From an uncultured Gammaproteobacteria bacterium (GTDB lineage: Bacteria > Patescibacteriota > Microgenomatia > UBA12405): DNA of 64,000 nt. The notes below the pieces were generated by a model. It did not search any database and had not been told where the DNA came from. It saw only the letters and a list, made by a program, of their open reading frames with translations. Below, piece after piece: positions 1 through 7,860 of this stretch. The translations under genes and the position numbers were made by a program. The stretch is taken from positions 6,995-70,994 of the forward strand of contig CAZCYZ010000002.1 of NCBI GenBank assembly GCA_964503465.1, given 5' to 3'. Position 1 is the first letter of the stretch, and the number at the start of each line of letters is the position of its first letter.

Positions 1-290
1 TGATTGACCGAGAGGCAAAGGACCGGTTTTTTGGCCTGAATAGCCAAGGTGGCTTCGTGGCCTAACTGAAAATCCTCTTGGCTGATCTCGATGACAATGG
101 CATCGGCCCAAGAAATGCCTTGACGAATGGCTTGATAATGAGCTTGGGGGTCAATGGAAGGGTGGGGAAAGCGGGTCAACTCGGGAGATTCAAGTTCAAT
201 GGGATGGGATTGAAGAGCTGATAAGACTTGATTGTAATTCGGTTGATATTTGTCCTTACCCCAAAAGGAAGCGGTGTAAAAAATTTTCAT
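1..290 (-). CDS. hypothetical protein, N-terminal part only (gene continues beyond window start); N-term MKIFYTASFWGKDKYQPNYNQVLSALQ...
   Basis: Reverse-strand translation by eye; ATG at 288-290 (rc); open frame to position 1; no family recognised. Confidence 0.35.
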   Translation of the reverse strand, partial: MKIFYTASFWGKDKYQPNYNQVLSALQSHPIELESPELTRFPHPSIDPQAHYQAIRQGISWADAIVIEISQEDFQLGHEATLAIQAKKPVLCLSVN

Positions 291-459
291 ATGTATGTAT
301 GTAGAGTATTTGTTTGATTATACCGTATGGTGGGGTTATATTACAATACGTATGAAAAAAGAGAGAACAACTATAATGATAATTGCAGAGATGAATGTAC
401 CGGAGGATTTACGTTTAAGTTTATTATCGGCGCACGTCAAATTGAGGCAGCGATACAAT

Positions 460-1287
460 TTATGGTTGGCAAATCGAAGAGTCGTTGGAGACAACCATGG
501 CCAGGCGATCGATTCCAAGGCCGCAGCCGGCACAGGGGGGAATGGGTCCCCAGGGGACGGTAATTGATGGCTTAAGGTTTTCGGTGCAACCGTTGGCAAT
601 TTCGACACGGTTGATATAGAGTTCAAAACGTTCGCTTAAGGGGACTCGCAACGATTTTTTTCCGTGCTCACGCGTTGGCGCTTCGCTGACATGATTGCGC
701 GCGGAAAAAAACATTGCTGCGTCCTCTTTGCTCACTTCCGCCAGTGGAGATAAATAGGCCGGATAGCCAACGATAAAAGTGGGGTCGGTGGGAAGTTTTG
801 GTTCGACCTGGTTTAAAAATTGCTGATTAAAGTCGGGCTCGTTGTCGGGATAGGTTTTAAAATATTTTTTAAGCGACAGGTTTTTAAAATTCCTAAAGTT
901 GAAAGTGTGGAGAAGTTGTTGGGTGGTCACCATAATATCGGTGTAGTTTTTGCCGATTTCGTACCATTCGAGCATTAAAAATTCAGGATTATGGTGTGGT
1001 CCTATATTTTCAAGATTTCGAAAGCAGGGACTGATGGCAAAACAATTGCCCAGACCTTGAGAAATCATTTGTTTGAGATAATTTTCGGGGGATGTGGCCA
1101 GAAAATAGTTAACTGGTTTGCCGCGGGATGGTGTCCATTTGGTAGTAAATGGGTAAATATTCGGTTCGATAGGGATGGAGCGATTAAGAATAGGAATAGT
1201 AACTTCGGCAAATTCGCGGTCAAGAAAAAACTGACGGCAGGCAGAAATAATAGATTGTCTTATAGTAAGTTGATTACTGATTGGCAT
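460..1287 (-). CDS. epmA: EF-P lysine aminoacylase EpmA (PoxA/GenX), class II aaRS-like core
   Basis: Class II motif 2 (CFRNLENIGPHHNPEFLMLEWYE) and motif 3 (GCGLGIDRLAM). Aligns by eye to E. coli EpmA apart from a roughly 20-aa insertion corresponding to the repeat at 647-721. Confidence 0.75.
   Translation of the reverse strand: MPISNQLTIRQSIISACRQFFLDREFAEVTIPILNRSIPIEPNIYPFTTKWTPSRGKPVNYFLATSPENYLKQMISQGLGNCFAISPCFRNLENIGPHHNPEFLMLEWYEIGKNYTDIMVTTQQLLHTFNFRNFKNLSLKKYFKTYPDNEPDFNQQFLNQVEPKLPTDPTFIVGYPAYLSPLAEVSKEDAAMFFSARNHVSEAPTREHGKKSLRVPLSERFELYINRVEIANGCTENLKPSITVPWGPIPPCAGCGLGIDRLAMVVSNDSSICQP
647..721. repeat. short palindromic element copy A (arms cgcaacgatttttttccg / cggaaaaaaacattgctgcg), in-frame inside epmA
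   Basis: Shares 12-nt ccgtgctcacgc and 18-nt atgattgcgcgcggaaaa blocks with copy B at 1361-1443; imperfect terminal inverted repeat. Confidence 0.55.
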
Positions 1288-2264
1288 GAGGAGACATTTA
1301 ATTGTTTAATACAACCACAAAGAAAATCGGGTTGGCAACAGCCGTGGCAGGTTCTCTTGTGCTCGCACACAAATTTTGCCGTGCTCACGCCCTCGTACGA
1401 ACACCACTCGGATGATTGCGCGCGGAAAATTTGTGATGCTTCGCCGAACCTGCATTTTTGACAGCTTGATAAACTATTGGTGAAATTTTTAATTATTTTA
1501 TCAACCGGGTCACTGATGGAGGCCAGAGGAACTGATGATTCGCAACAGCCATAAATGTAGCCATCGGATTGGAGGGCCAGTTGGAAGCAACCAAAGTTTT
1601 TTGAAGGGTAAGTGGGGTAGTGGCGAAGAAGATTGAGGGTTTGGTCGGCAGAAAGAGAATTGAGTCTGTCAACTAAATAAGTAATCTTTAGATTAAACAA
1701 ATTAAATTTGTCGATGTGTTGGTAGGAATCTTTGGTGACAAGATAGAAAATTCCCACCGGAAAACCAAGGTCAAGAGCGTGGCGGACAAACTTAACTGAC
1801 TTGTCGAAATTGCCGTTTCCTCGATTGGCATCATGAGTATCTTTGGGCCCGTCAAAAGAAACGATAAGTTGGCAATTGGCGGGATCGGAAATTTCGGAGA
1901 GACGATCGATAGTGCCGTTGGTGATGATGGTAATAAAGATGTGATTGGCCAAAAGTTGGTTGACGAGTTTGGGAAAATCACCAAGGGTAAAGACTTCGCC
2001 GCCACAAAAAAGGATAGATTTAAGGTTTAAACCCCTCCTTAATCCTCCCCTTGAAGAAAGGGAGGACATTTGTTGAAGGTGTTGACGATATTTGGAAACA
2101 AATTTCAGGATTTGGGTGTTGGATAAGACCTGTTTGGTTTTGGTGGTGTAGCAATATTTACAATTTAGATTGCAGGATTCGAGAGGAGAGATGTAAATGT
2201 TCTCAAGCGATCTAGCGATGTGACGAGATGTTAATCTTTGGTGGGTTGAGGGTACCGGGGACAT
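1260..2264 (-). CDS. radical SAM protein with Cys-rich SPASM-like C-terminus
   Basis: CNLNCKYC (CxxxCxxC) near N-terminus; C-terminal cysteine clusters (GCCESS, CQKC, CHGCC, CGC). Confidence 0.7.
   Translation of the reverse strand: MSPVPSTHQRLTSRHIARSLENIYISPLESCNLNCKYCYTTKTKQVLSNTQILKFVSKYRQHLQQMSSLSSRGGLRRGLNLKSILFCGGEVFTLGDFPKLVNQLLANHIFITIITNGTIDRLSEISDPANCQLIVSFDGPKDTHDANRGNGNFDKSVKFVRHALDLGFPVGIFYLVTKDSYQHIDKFNLFNLKITYLVDRLNSLSADQTLNLLRHYPTYPSKNFGCFQLALQSDGYIYGCCESSVPLASISDPVDKIIKNFTNSLSSCQKCRFGEASQIFRAQSSEWCSYEGVSTAKFVCEHKRTCHGCCQPDFLCGCIKQLNVSSCQSVINLL
1361..1443. repeat. short palindromic element copy B, inside 3' end of radical SAM gene
   Basis: Arms cacaaattttgccg / cgcggaaaatttgtg; shared core blocks with copy A. 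Confidence 0.55.
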
Positions 2265-2554
2265 TTGGGGGGAATGGAGGGTCTTGACTTACTAACAACA
2301 CTGCATTTGATATCATTTTCAAGTTTAAAATGTCGAGCTAGACTACTGGCGGTTAAACTAGGGCGGGCTTCTTGTACGGCACTGACGGCATCGAGGGAGA
2401 TTTGGCAACCTGGGGATTTTCTTGAACCCATATAGGAGTTAAGAAAGAGTAGGTGTGTGCAGCCAAGTTTGGAACAGATTTCGGCTGTATCGGAATCAAG
2501 AACGGAGGCATGATATACCTCTAATTGTCGTGCAAATTCTCTTATCCGACTCAT
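2231..2554 (-). CDS. hypothetical protein (possible HTH/recognition partner of adjacent radical SAM enzyme)
   Basis: 107-aa ORF overlapping the rSAM start by 34 nt; no clear family. Confidence 0.4.
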   Translation of the reverse strand: MSRIREFARQLEVYHASVLDSDTAEICSKLGCTHLLFLNSYMGSRKSPGCQISLDAVSAVQEARPSLTASSLARHFKLENDIKCSVVSKSRPSIPPKCPRYPQPTKD

Positions 2555-2563
2555 TGAAATTAA

Positions 2564-2743
2564 TTACTTTAATTTGGTTGATTCTTTGTGCTCGGTACGC
2601 TTGCGACACCAACGGCAATATTTCATGAATTTGAGTTTATCGGGGGTGTTGGTTTTGTTCTTTTCGGAAAGATAATTTTGAGCGCCACAGACGCCACAGA
2701 GAAGGGCAATCAAAATACGAGGTGTTTTCTTTGCTTTGGCCAT
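2564..2743 (-). CDS. rpmG: 50S ribosomal protein L33
   Basis: MAKAKKTPRILIALLCGVCGAQNY...YCRWCRKRTEHKE zinc-ribbon L33 signature; start taken at internal ATG 2741-2743. Confidence 0.85.
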   Translation of the reverse strand: MAKAKKTPRILIALLCGVCGAQNYLSEKNKTNTPDKLKFMKYCRWCRKRTEHKESTKLK

Positions 2744-2751
2744 GGGATAGA

Positions 2752-3588
2752 TTATAGCAGATGGTGGTCGAAAATGGTTTTGGCAAGAATGTTGCAAAAA
2801 AATTGGACGCCGGCGGCAGAGGGGTGGATATAATCAGAACGGTTAATAAAGTCAGGATTACCGTTTTGATTGACAAGGGAGGGATGATAAGCATCGGCTA
2901 GAGGAAGATTTTTGGATTTGGCAAACTTGATAAAGTTGTCAAAATACAGCTTGATAGTGGAAGTTTTTTCGAGGCGTTCCAGGGCGGAGAGATGAAGATC
3001 TTTGACTCCCTGAGCAAAGTGAACCGAATCAGGAGTAATTGTGGTAGCCAGAATAATGGCAGTATTGGGGAGTTGCTGACGGATGAGAGTGACAATGGAA
3101 TCAAGCTGTTGGCGGTGTTGATCAAAACCTGATTGAGTGTTGCCGTAATTGTTGTAGGCAAAAGATTCAATAACGACGACGTCGGGCTGTTGATTGATGA
3201 TGATGGGGAGGCGGTTTTGGGCGAAGGCTAGAGTGGTGGCGCCACGGCCAAAGTTGAGGATATTAAATTTAATATTGGAATAGTATTTTTGAAGGGCGGT
3301 GGCTAGGGTGGGAATGTTTTGACCCAAAGTTTCGATCATGGAATCACCAATGACGGCAATGGTGACAACCCTGCCATCGCCACCGATAGGTGGTGACTGA
3401 GGGTTGGTGGTGGAAACACCTAGGACTTGAGGGATAGGTGAAGGGGTGGGAGTAGAGAAGTTGGGTGGTGAGTAATAATAATTTGGTTGGTAGGAATAAA
3501 GTAGTTGAAAACTGATTGGAAGTTGAGCTAGAGTGATGGCGGAGGAACGCAGGAAAAGGAAAAATAGGGCGACTAAAAAAACAATCAT
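2752..3588 (-). CDS. SGNH/GDSL-family hydrolase with N-terminal membrane anchor
   Basis: IAVIGDSMIE (GDS block) and DVVVIESFAYNN; start taken at MIVFLVALFF. Confidence 0.6.
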   Translation of the reverse strand: MIVFLVALFFLFLRSSAITLAQLPISFQLLYSYQPNYYYSPPNFSTPTPSPIPQVLGVSTTNPQSPPIGGDGRVVTIAVIGDSMIETLGQNIPTLATALQKYYSNIKFNILNFGRGATTLAFAQNRLPIIINQQPDVVVIESFAYNNYGNTQSGFDQHRQQLDSIVTLIRQQLPNTAIILATTITPDSVHFAQGVKDLHLSALERLEKTSTIKLYFDNFIKFAKSKNLPLADAYHPSLVNQNGNPDFINRSDYIHPSAAGVQFFCNILAKTIFDHHLL

Positions 3589-4438
3589 GTCTAAAGAGGA
3601 TAACAGGAGATATCCGGTAGTATCAACCGCGATGGGAATTGGGGTGGGAGTGTTTTTTAATGGGATGAGGCGACCGGGCAAGGATGGAGTTGAAGCAGTG
3701 AGGCGATTTTTTAGATATTCTTTGGTGGATGTTGATGCGGTGGGTGATGGGTTAAACTACCCCAAAGGGAGTAGTAGGATTGAGGGAACGATTAGAAACT
3801 ATCATCCTGATTTGTTTGCTGGTGATGAGGTGGTAACGGTGGTTGAGTTTGAGAGACGATTGAAGGAGAAATTAAAGGTTGAAGGGATTCCGCTAATAGC
3901 TAAGGACTGGTTTGTTACCAATATTGTGTGGGAATATTTAATGGGTGGGGGAACAATAGAGGAATTACCAAATGAGTGGAAGAAGGACGAGTATTTGAGG
4001 GTGAATTTGAACGGGAGGCAAATTGGTTGTCCAACTGATAAGTGTGTGGTTTCGTGGAATGAATGGGCGAGGGAAGAGAGAATATTTGTTTATCGGGTAG
4101 TGACAGGGTATAAATTTACAGAAACGTTCTTGAGGTGTTTGGGTCCGGAATTTAGGAATGTTGAGTCGGTGTTTGGAGCAACGACAATATATCAAATTAT
4201 GACTGACAGATACCATTGTAAAAATCCGGGTGAACCATTATTTTCGGAACTAGTGGATGAAATTAGGAAAAGATGTGATTATAGTGATTGGGAGGAGGCG
4301 AGGCTGGTTGGGAGAATGACTCGAATTTGGCCAATTTTGACAATGGCCGGAACGGTAGCGGCGGGAATAATCTGCCGGGCCGGACGGGGTCGGGAGGAAT
4401 GGGCAAAAAGGCAATGTTTAGTGGCTGGTGAGCTCTGA
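3587..4438 (+). CDS. hypothetical protein (W/G/R-rich)
   Basis: Long ORF with no antisense competitor over most of its length; start codon overlaps SGNH start on the other strand (cATg 3586-3589). Confidence 0.45.
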   Translation: MSKEDNRRYPVVSTAMGIGVGVFFNGMRRPGKDGVEAVRRFFRYSLVDVDAVGDGLNYPKGSSRIEGTIRNYHPDLFAGDEVVTVVEFERRLKEKLKVEGIPLIAKDWFVTNIVWEYLMGGGTIEELPNEWKKDEYLRVNLNGRQIGCPTDKCVVSWNEWAREERIFVYRVVTGYKFTETFLRCLGPEFRNVESVFGATTIYQIMTDRYHCKNPGEPLFSELVDEIRKRCDYSDWEEARLVGRMTRIWPILTMAGTVAAGIICRAGRGREEWAKRQCLVAGEL

Positions 4439-4726
4439 TTTGTATTTTTCCAATTGACGGCTAACCTGGTGTTCGAGGTGAATGATTGCCGAACGAAGAA
4501 GAAGATGTTGGGACGAAGCGTAAACGTGTTCGTGGCCAGGAAGGGACATGTCAAAGGTAACTTTGAAAATACCAATTTTATTACGTTGAATATTGAGTTG
4601 AGCTATTTTGACATCGTTATCGAAGTGGGAAAGAAGACGGTCGAGTTTGGTGGCAAGTTTGTCGTCGATAAGTCGACGGGTGCGGTCGGTTAAGGGATAG
4701 CGATCACAGCTGATCTGGATATTCAT
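4418..4726 (-). CDS. hpf: ribosome hibernation promoting factor (HPF/RaiA, sigma54 modulation protein family)
   Basis: MNIQISCDRYPLTDRTRRLIDDKLATKLDRL... matches the HPF pattern MNIxIxGxxxxITxALxxYVxxKL. Confidence 0.75.
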   Translation of the reverse strand: MNIQISCDRYPLTDRTRRLIDDKLATKLDRLLSHFDNDVKIAQLNIQRNKIGIFKVTFDMSLPGHEHVYASSQHLLLRSAIIHLEHQVSRQLEKYKSELTSH

Positions 4727-4858
4727 GGGTGAGTTTTAATTAGTAATTGGTGAGATCCGGGAAAGTCAAGGTAAGCAGAGTCAAAACACAAATTAAGCAC
4801 TTGGAACAAGTATAACAAAATATTGTAAGGGTTAGAAACTGGACATAATTGATAGTTA

Positions 4859-5668
4859 ATGTTATATAGAGATACATTTGGTGTGTATATGAAGAAAGAA
4901 TTAAAACTAGCTCATGTCCATATCGAAAAAACCGGAGGAACCTCTTTGCAAAAGTGGTTGGCGGACTCCTTTGGGGGGAAACATGTTTTTCAGTGGGATG
5001 GGACAGTGGGGGCGTTTATGTGTATGGATGATATTTTTGAGGTGAGAACAAACCCAACACTTCACCTTATAAGGGAGAAACTGGGGAAGACCAGATTGAT
5101 GCGGGTGGCCTATGGTTTATATCGGGGGGCTTATAGAATGTCGTTGTCAAGGGCAGAGAAGGTGGCCGATGTGGCCGCACTACCCAGTTCGGCTCGTGTT
5201 GTTATTGGACACGTAACAATATCTCAATATGAAGGTTTGGGAAGTAATTGGCTAAAGACGACAGTAGTGAGAGAACCTCTGGAGAGGTCGTGGTCACAGT
5301 ATGAACATTGGCAACGAACAAGAGGGAGCCGGGGGTGGAGGGTGGATTTACCCTATGATCCTACGATTGGTGCGTTTGGTTATATGACTCAACCGTGTTA
5401 TTTGGATTATCAGCGAAAAGCAGTAGGGGAGGACTTATCGGTATATGGAGTGGTGGGTGTTTGTGAGGATCTGGGTGGTTTTGTTGGTAGGGTGGCTGGC
5501 TTAATGGAGGGTAGACGCCGGGAGGGCGAAATTGGACGTTTGAATTGTGCTCCGAGAAAGAAGGGAGTAGACGAAGTGTTAACTCAAGAGCAGATTGAGG
5601 AATTTAAGGGGCTTAACGAAGGTGATTACCGCCTGTATGACGATATTCGGCGAAGGCTGAGAAGTTAG
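4859..5668 (+). CDS. sulfotransferase family protein (Sulfotransfer_2-like)
   Basis: HIEKTGGTSLQ motif resembling the 5'-PSB loop of family-2 sulfotransferases; true start may be ATG at 4889. Confidence 0.5.
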   Translation: MLYRDTFGVYMKKELKLAHVHIEKTGGTSLQKWLADSFGGKHVFQWDGTVGAFMCMDDIFEVRTNPTLHLIREKLGKTRLMRVAYGLYRGAYRMSLSRAEKVADVAALPSSARVVIGHVTISQYEGLGSNWLKTTVVREPLERSWSQYEHWQRTRGSRGWRVDLPYDPTIGAFGYMTQPCYLDYQRKAVGEDLSVYGVVGVCEDLGGFVGRVAGLMEGRRREGEIGRLNCAPRKKGVDEVLTQEQIEEFKGLNEGDYRLYDDIRRRLRS

Positions 5669-5680
5669 TGATGGTATACA

Positions 5681-5765
5681 GGCGGAGAGGACAGGAGTCG
5701 AACCTGCATGCCATTGCTGGCGCTTGTTTTCAAAACAAGTTCCTTACCATTCGGAGCACCTCTCC
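5681..5765 (-). tRNA. tRNA-Ser (anticodon TGA), long variable arm
   Basis: Hand-folded cloverleaf: acceptor GGAGAGG/CCTCTCC, anticodon stem CTTGT/ACAAG with loop TTTGAAA, extra arm GCCAgcaaTGGC, T-loop TTCGACT, discriminator G. Confidence 0.8.
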
Positions 5766-5775
5766 TTAAAAAATT

Positions 5776-5851
5776 TGGAGCCCGGAAAGGAACTTGAATC
5801 CTTGACCTTCCCCTTACCAAGGGGATGCTCTACCAACTGAGCTATCCGGGC
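5776..5851 (-). tRNA. tRNA-Thr (anticodon GGT), CCA encoded
   Basis: GCCCGGA acceptor, D-arm GCTCAGTTGGTAGAGC, anticodon loop TTGGTAA, T-loop TTCAAGT, 3' CCA. Confidence 0.85.
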
Positions 5852-5901
5852 GAGTAAGTTATTGTAGCAAAAGGGTGGAGGATGGGAGAAGATGATATAA
5901 T

Positions 5902-7116
5902 TTGACTATGAAAAAGATACTAATGGAGATAGTCAAGAAATTACCATTAGTGGTTTGGATAGGGATGTTGTCGATTGCCAGCTGGGGTTTTGCGGTCAGA
6001 ATGTCGAGTCGCAACCAGGGAAGTTATGTACGAAGCCGAAGAAGCGAAGTGATGACTAACTGGGGGGCAAACTTGGATCAAAAATCCCCCTACCTTAAGT
6101 CAGAAGTATATTATGAAGGTGGAATAAAAAATGTTGAAGACGATAAGGTGGTGGCCAAGAATGTGAAGGTAGGTAGTAGCTTGGTGAAGGCCAAAATAAA
6201 AATGGACTCGCGGCGAAAAGGTTTGGCATATTTTCCGACTTTTGTGACCGATTTTGAGGGTATTTATAAGGTAAAAAACGAAAGCAGTCGAAACGTAAAA
6301 GCTTATTTGAACTTTCCCTTACCTGGAAGTGGTAATTTGGTGTGGAATGTGGAGGTATTGGCTAATGGTAGTAGTGAGGGAGCAGTAATTAACAGTCGGG
6401 AGTTGGCTTGGAGTGGGTTGATGAAGGCAGGGGAGGAAAAGGAAGTAGTGGTGCGATATGCGGCCAGGGGGATGGAGGAATTTTCCTATTCGTTGGCGGA
6501 AAGTAGCGGATTACAGGATTTTTATTTGCAGGTGGAAGTGGATGGGGCTGATAGGATCGATTTTCCCAGCGGGGCTTTGTCGCCGGTTAAAAGTGTTGAG
6601 GATAGTGAAAACAAAAAATGGAATTTGGAATGGAAGTTTGACAAAGTGTTAACCAGTCCCGAAATTACTGTCAAAACTTTTGCCAAACAAAATATTTCGG
6701 AACAAGTGGCTAAGCTTTTTTGGGTGGCACCGTTGTTGCTGGTGGCTTTCCTGATGGCGATTATTGGACTTGGGTTTTATAGAGGAAAATCAGTAGCGAC
6801 TTTCGACAATATGGTGATGTCGGCATTGTATATGGTCTATTATCCGTTATTGGCTTATGTAGTAAGTGTTTTTGAAAATATTAATATTTACCAGGGACTG
6901 GCAATTTCGGCAGGAGTGATTAGCTTGATATTGGGGTATTATTATCGGTTTTTGTTTGATACCAAATGGGCACTAACAACCGGAGTGATGTTGCAAGTTA
7001 TTTTTATGGCATTCTTCCCAGTGGCGATGCTGATTCCGCAGTTGACCGGATTTTTAGTGGTTTGCGGAGTGATTGCAATATTGGGGGTAGTGGTGAAATT
7101 AAGAGTGGAAAGATAA
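5902..7116 (+). CDS. CreD-like inner-membrane protein (N-terminal anchor, large extracytoplasmic domain, C-terminal multi-TM block)
   Basis: Architecture and local similarity to E. coli CreD (FPSGALSPVKSVEDSENKKWNLEW vs FLGDFLPAKREISESGFQAHWQ) judged by eye. Confidence 0.45.
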   Translation: MTMKKILMEIVKKLPLVVWIGMLSIASWGFAVRMSSRNQGSYVRSRRSEVMTNWGANLDQKSPYLKSEVYYEGGIKNVEDDKVVAKNVKVGSSLVKAKIKMDSRRKGLAYFPTFVTDFEGIYKVKNESSRNVKAYLNFPLPGSGNLVWNVEVLANGSSEGAVINSRELAWSGLMKAGEEKEVVVRYAARGMEEFSYSLAESSGLQDFYLQVEVDGADRIDFPSGALSPVKSVEDSENKKWNLEWKFDKVLTSPEITVKTFAKQNISEQVAKLFWVAPLLLVAFLMAIIGLGFYRGKSVATFDNMVMSALYMVYYPLLAYVVSVFENINIYQGLAISAGVISLILGYYYRFLFDTKWALTTGVMLQVIFMAFFPVAMLIPQLTGFLVVCGVIAILGVVVKLRVER

Positions 7117-7180
7117 GGCGGAAAACTATTTGGATGAGGTTGTGTAGTATTATGGGACATTAGTTTGGGATTGGTATATA

Positions 7181-7516
7181 ATGAAATCTGTGGGTAAAAT
7201 AGTGAAATTGACAGAGAATGTTGAAAAGTTTTTGAATAGGCAGGAAGAGAGACTAAGAGCAAAACTGTTACGACAATTGAAATACATTCAGGAATTTGGA
7301 TTGACCGTGAAAGTACCGAGCTTGAAGAAGTTGATTGGGACTGAGCTTTGGGAGGTAAGGGTGTTGGGCCGAGACAATGCTAGGCTAATGTGTTGGGAGA
7401 GTAATGAGGTAATCTGGGTGGTACATGGGTTTATCAAGAAAAAACAAAAGACAGACAAGGGAGACATTCAAGAGGCTTTAAGAATGGTGCAAAAATTATT
7501 GATGGTTGACATTTGA
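7181..7516 (+). CDS. type II toxin, HigB/Gp49-like (RelE/ParE superfamily)
   Basis: LWEVRVLGRDNARLMCWESNEVIWVVHGFIKKKQKT matches Gp49/HigB-type toxin pattern; followed by an XRE HTH gene. Confidence 0.7.
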   Translation: MKSVGKIVKLTENVEKFLNRQEERLRAKLLRQLKYIQEFGLTVKVPSLKKLIGTELWEVRVLGRDNARLMCWESNEVIWVVHGFIKKKQKTDKGDIQEALRMVQKLLMVDI

Positions 7517-7540
7517 TATCTGATCGGGTATCATACAGTT

Positions 7541-7819
7541 ATGAAAAATACGTCATTGGATGATTATTTGAAGAAACAGCTTATATCCGATTCTTTTAGG
7601 AAGGAATGGGAAAAGAGTGAGAGTCAGTACCAGTTGGTGAGGGCCTTGATTGCGACCAGATTGAGTAAAAAGGTATCACAAAGGGAACTGGCCAGGAAAG
7701 CGAAGACGACTCAGGCGGTGGTGTCAAGAATAGAACAGATGACAATGAGTCCGTCGTTGGGATTAGTTGATAGGTTGGCCGGTGCACTGGGAAAAAAATT
7801 GGTAATCGGATTGAGATAG
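7541..7819 (+). CDS. XRE-family HTH antitoxin (HigA-like)
   Basis: RLSKKVSQRELARKAKTTQAVVSRIE helix-turn-helix; immediately downstream of toxin gene. Confidence 0.7.
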   Translation: MKNTSLDDYLKKQLISDSFRKEWEKSESQYQLVRALIATRLSKKVSQRELARKAKTTQAVVSRIEQMTMSPSLGLVDRLAGALGKKLVIGLR

Positions 7820-7860
7820 GGTATTGACGTGACTTGATACTCACACTAAAATAGTGGTAG

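Noticed and set aside
3586-3589. Overlapping divergent start codons (cATg) of the SGNH hydrolase and the + strand ORF 3587-4438 as a possible regulatory arrangement.
   Set aside because: Start-site choice for both genes is uncertain (in-frame upstream ATGs exist). The overlap may be an artefact of start picking.
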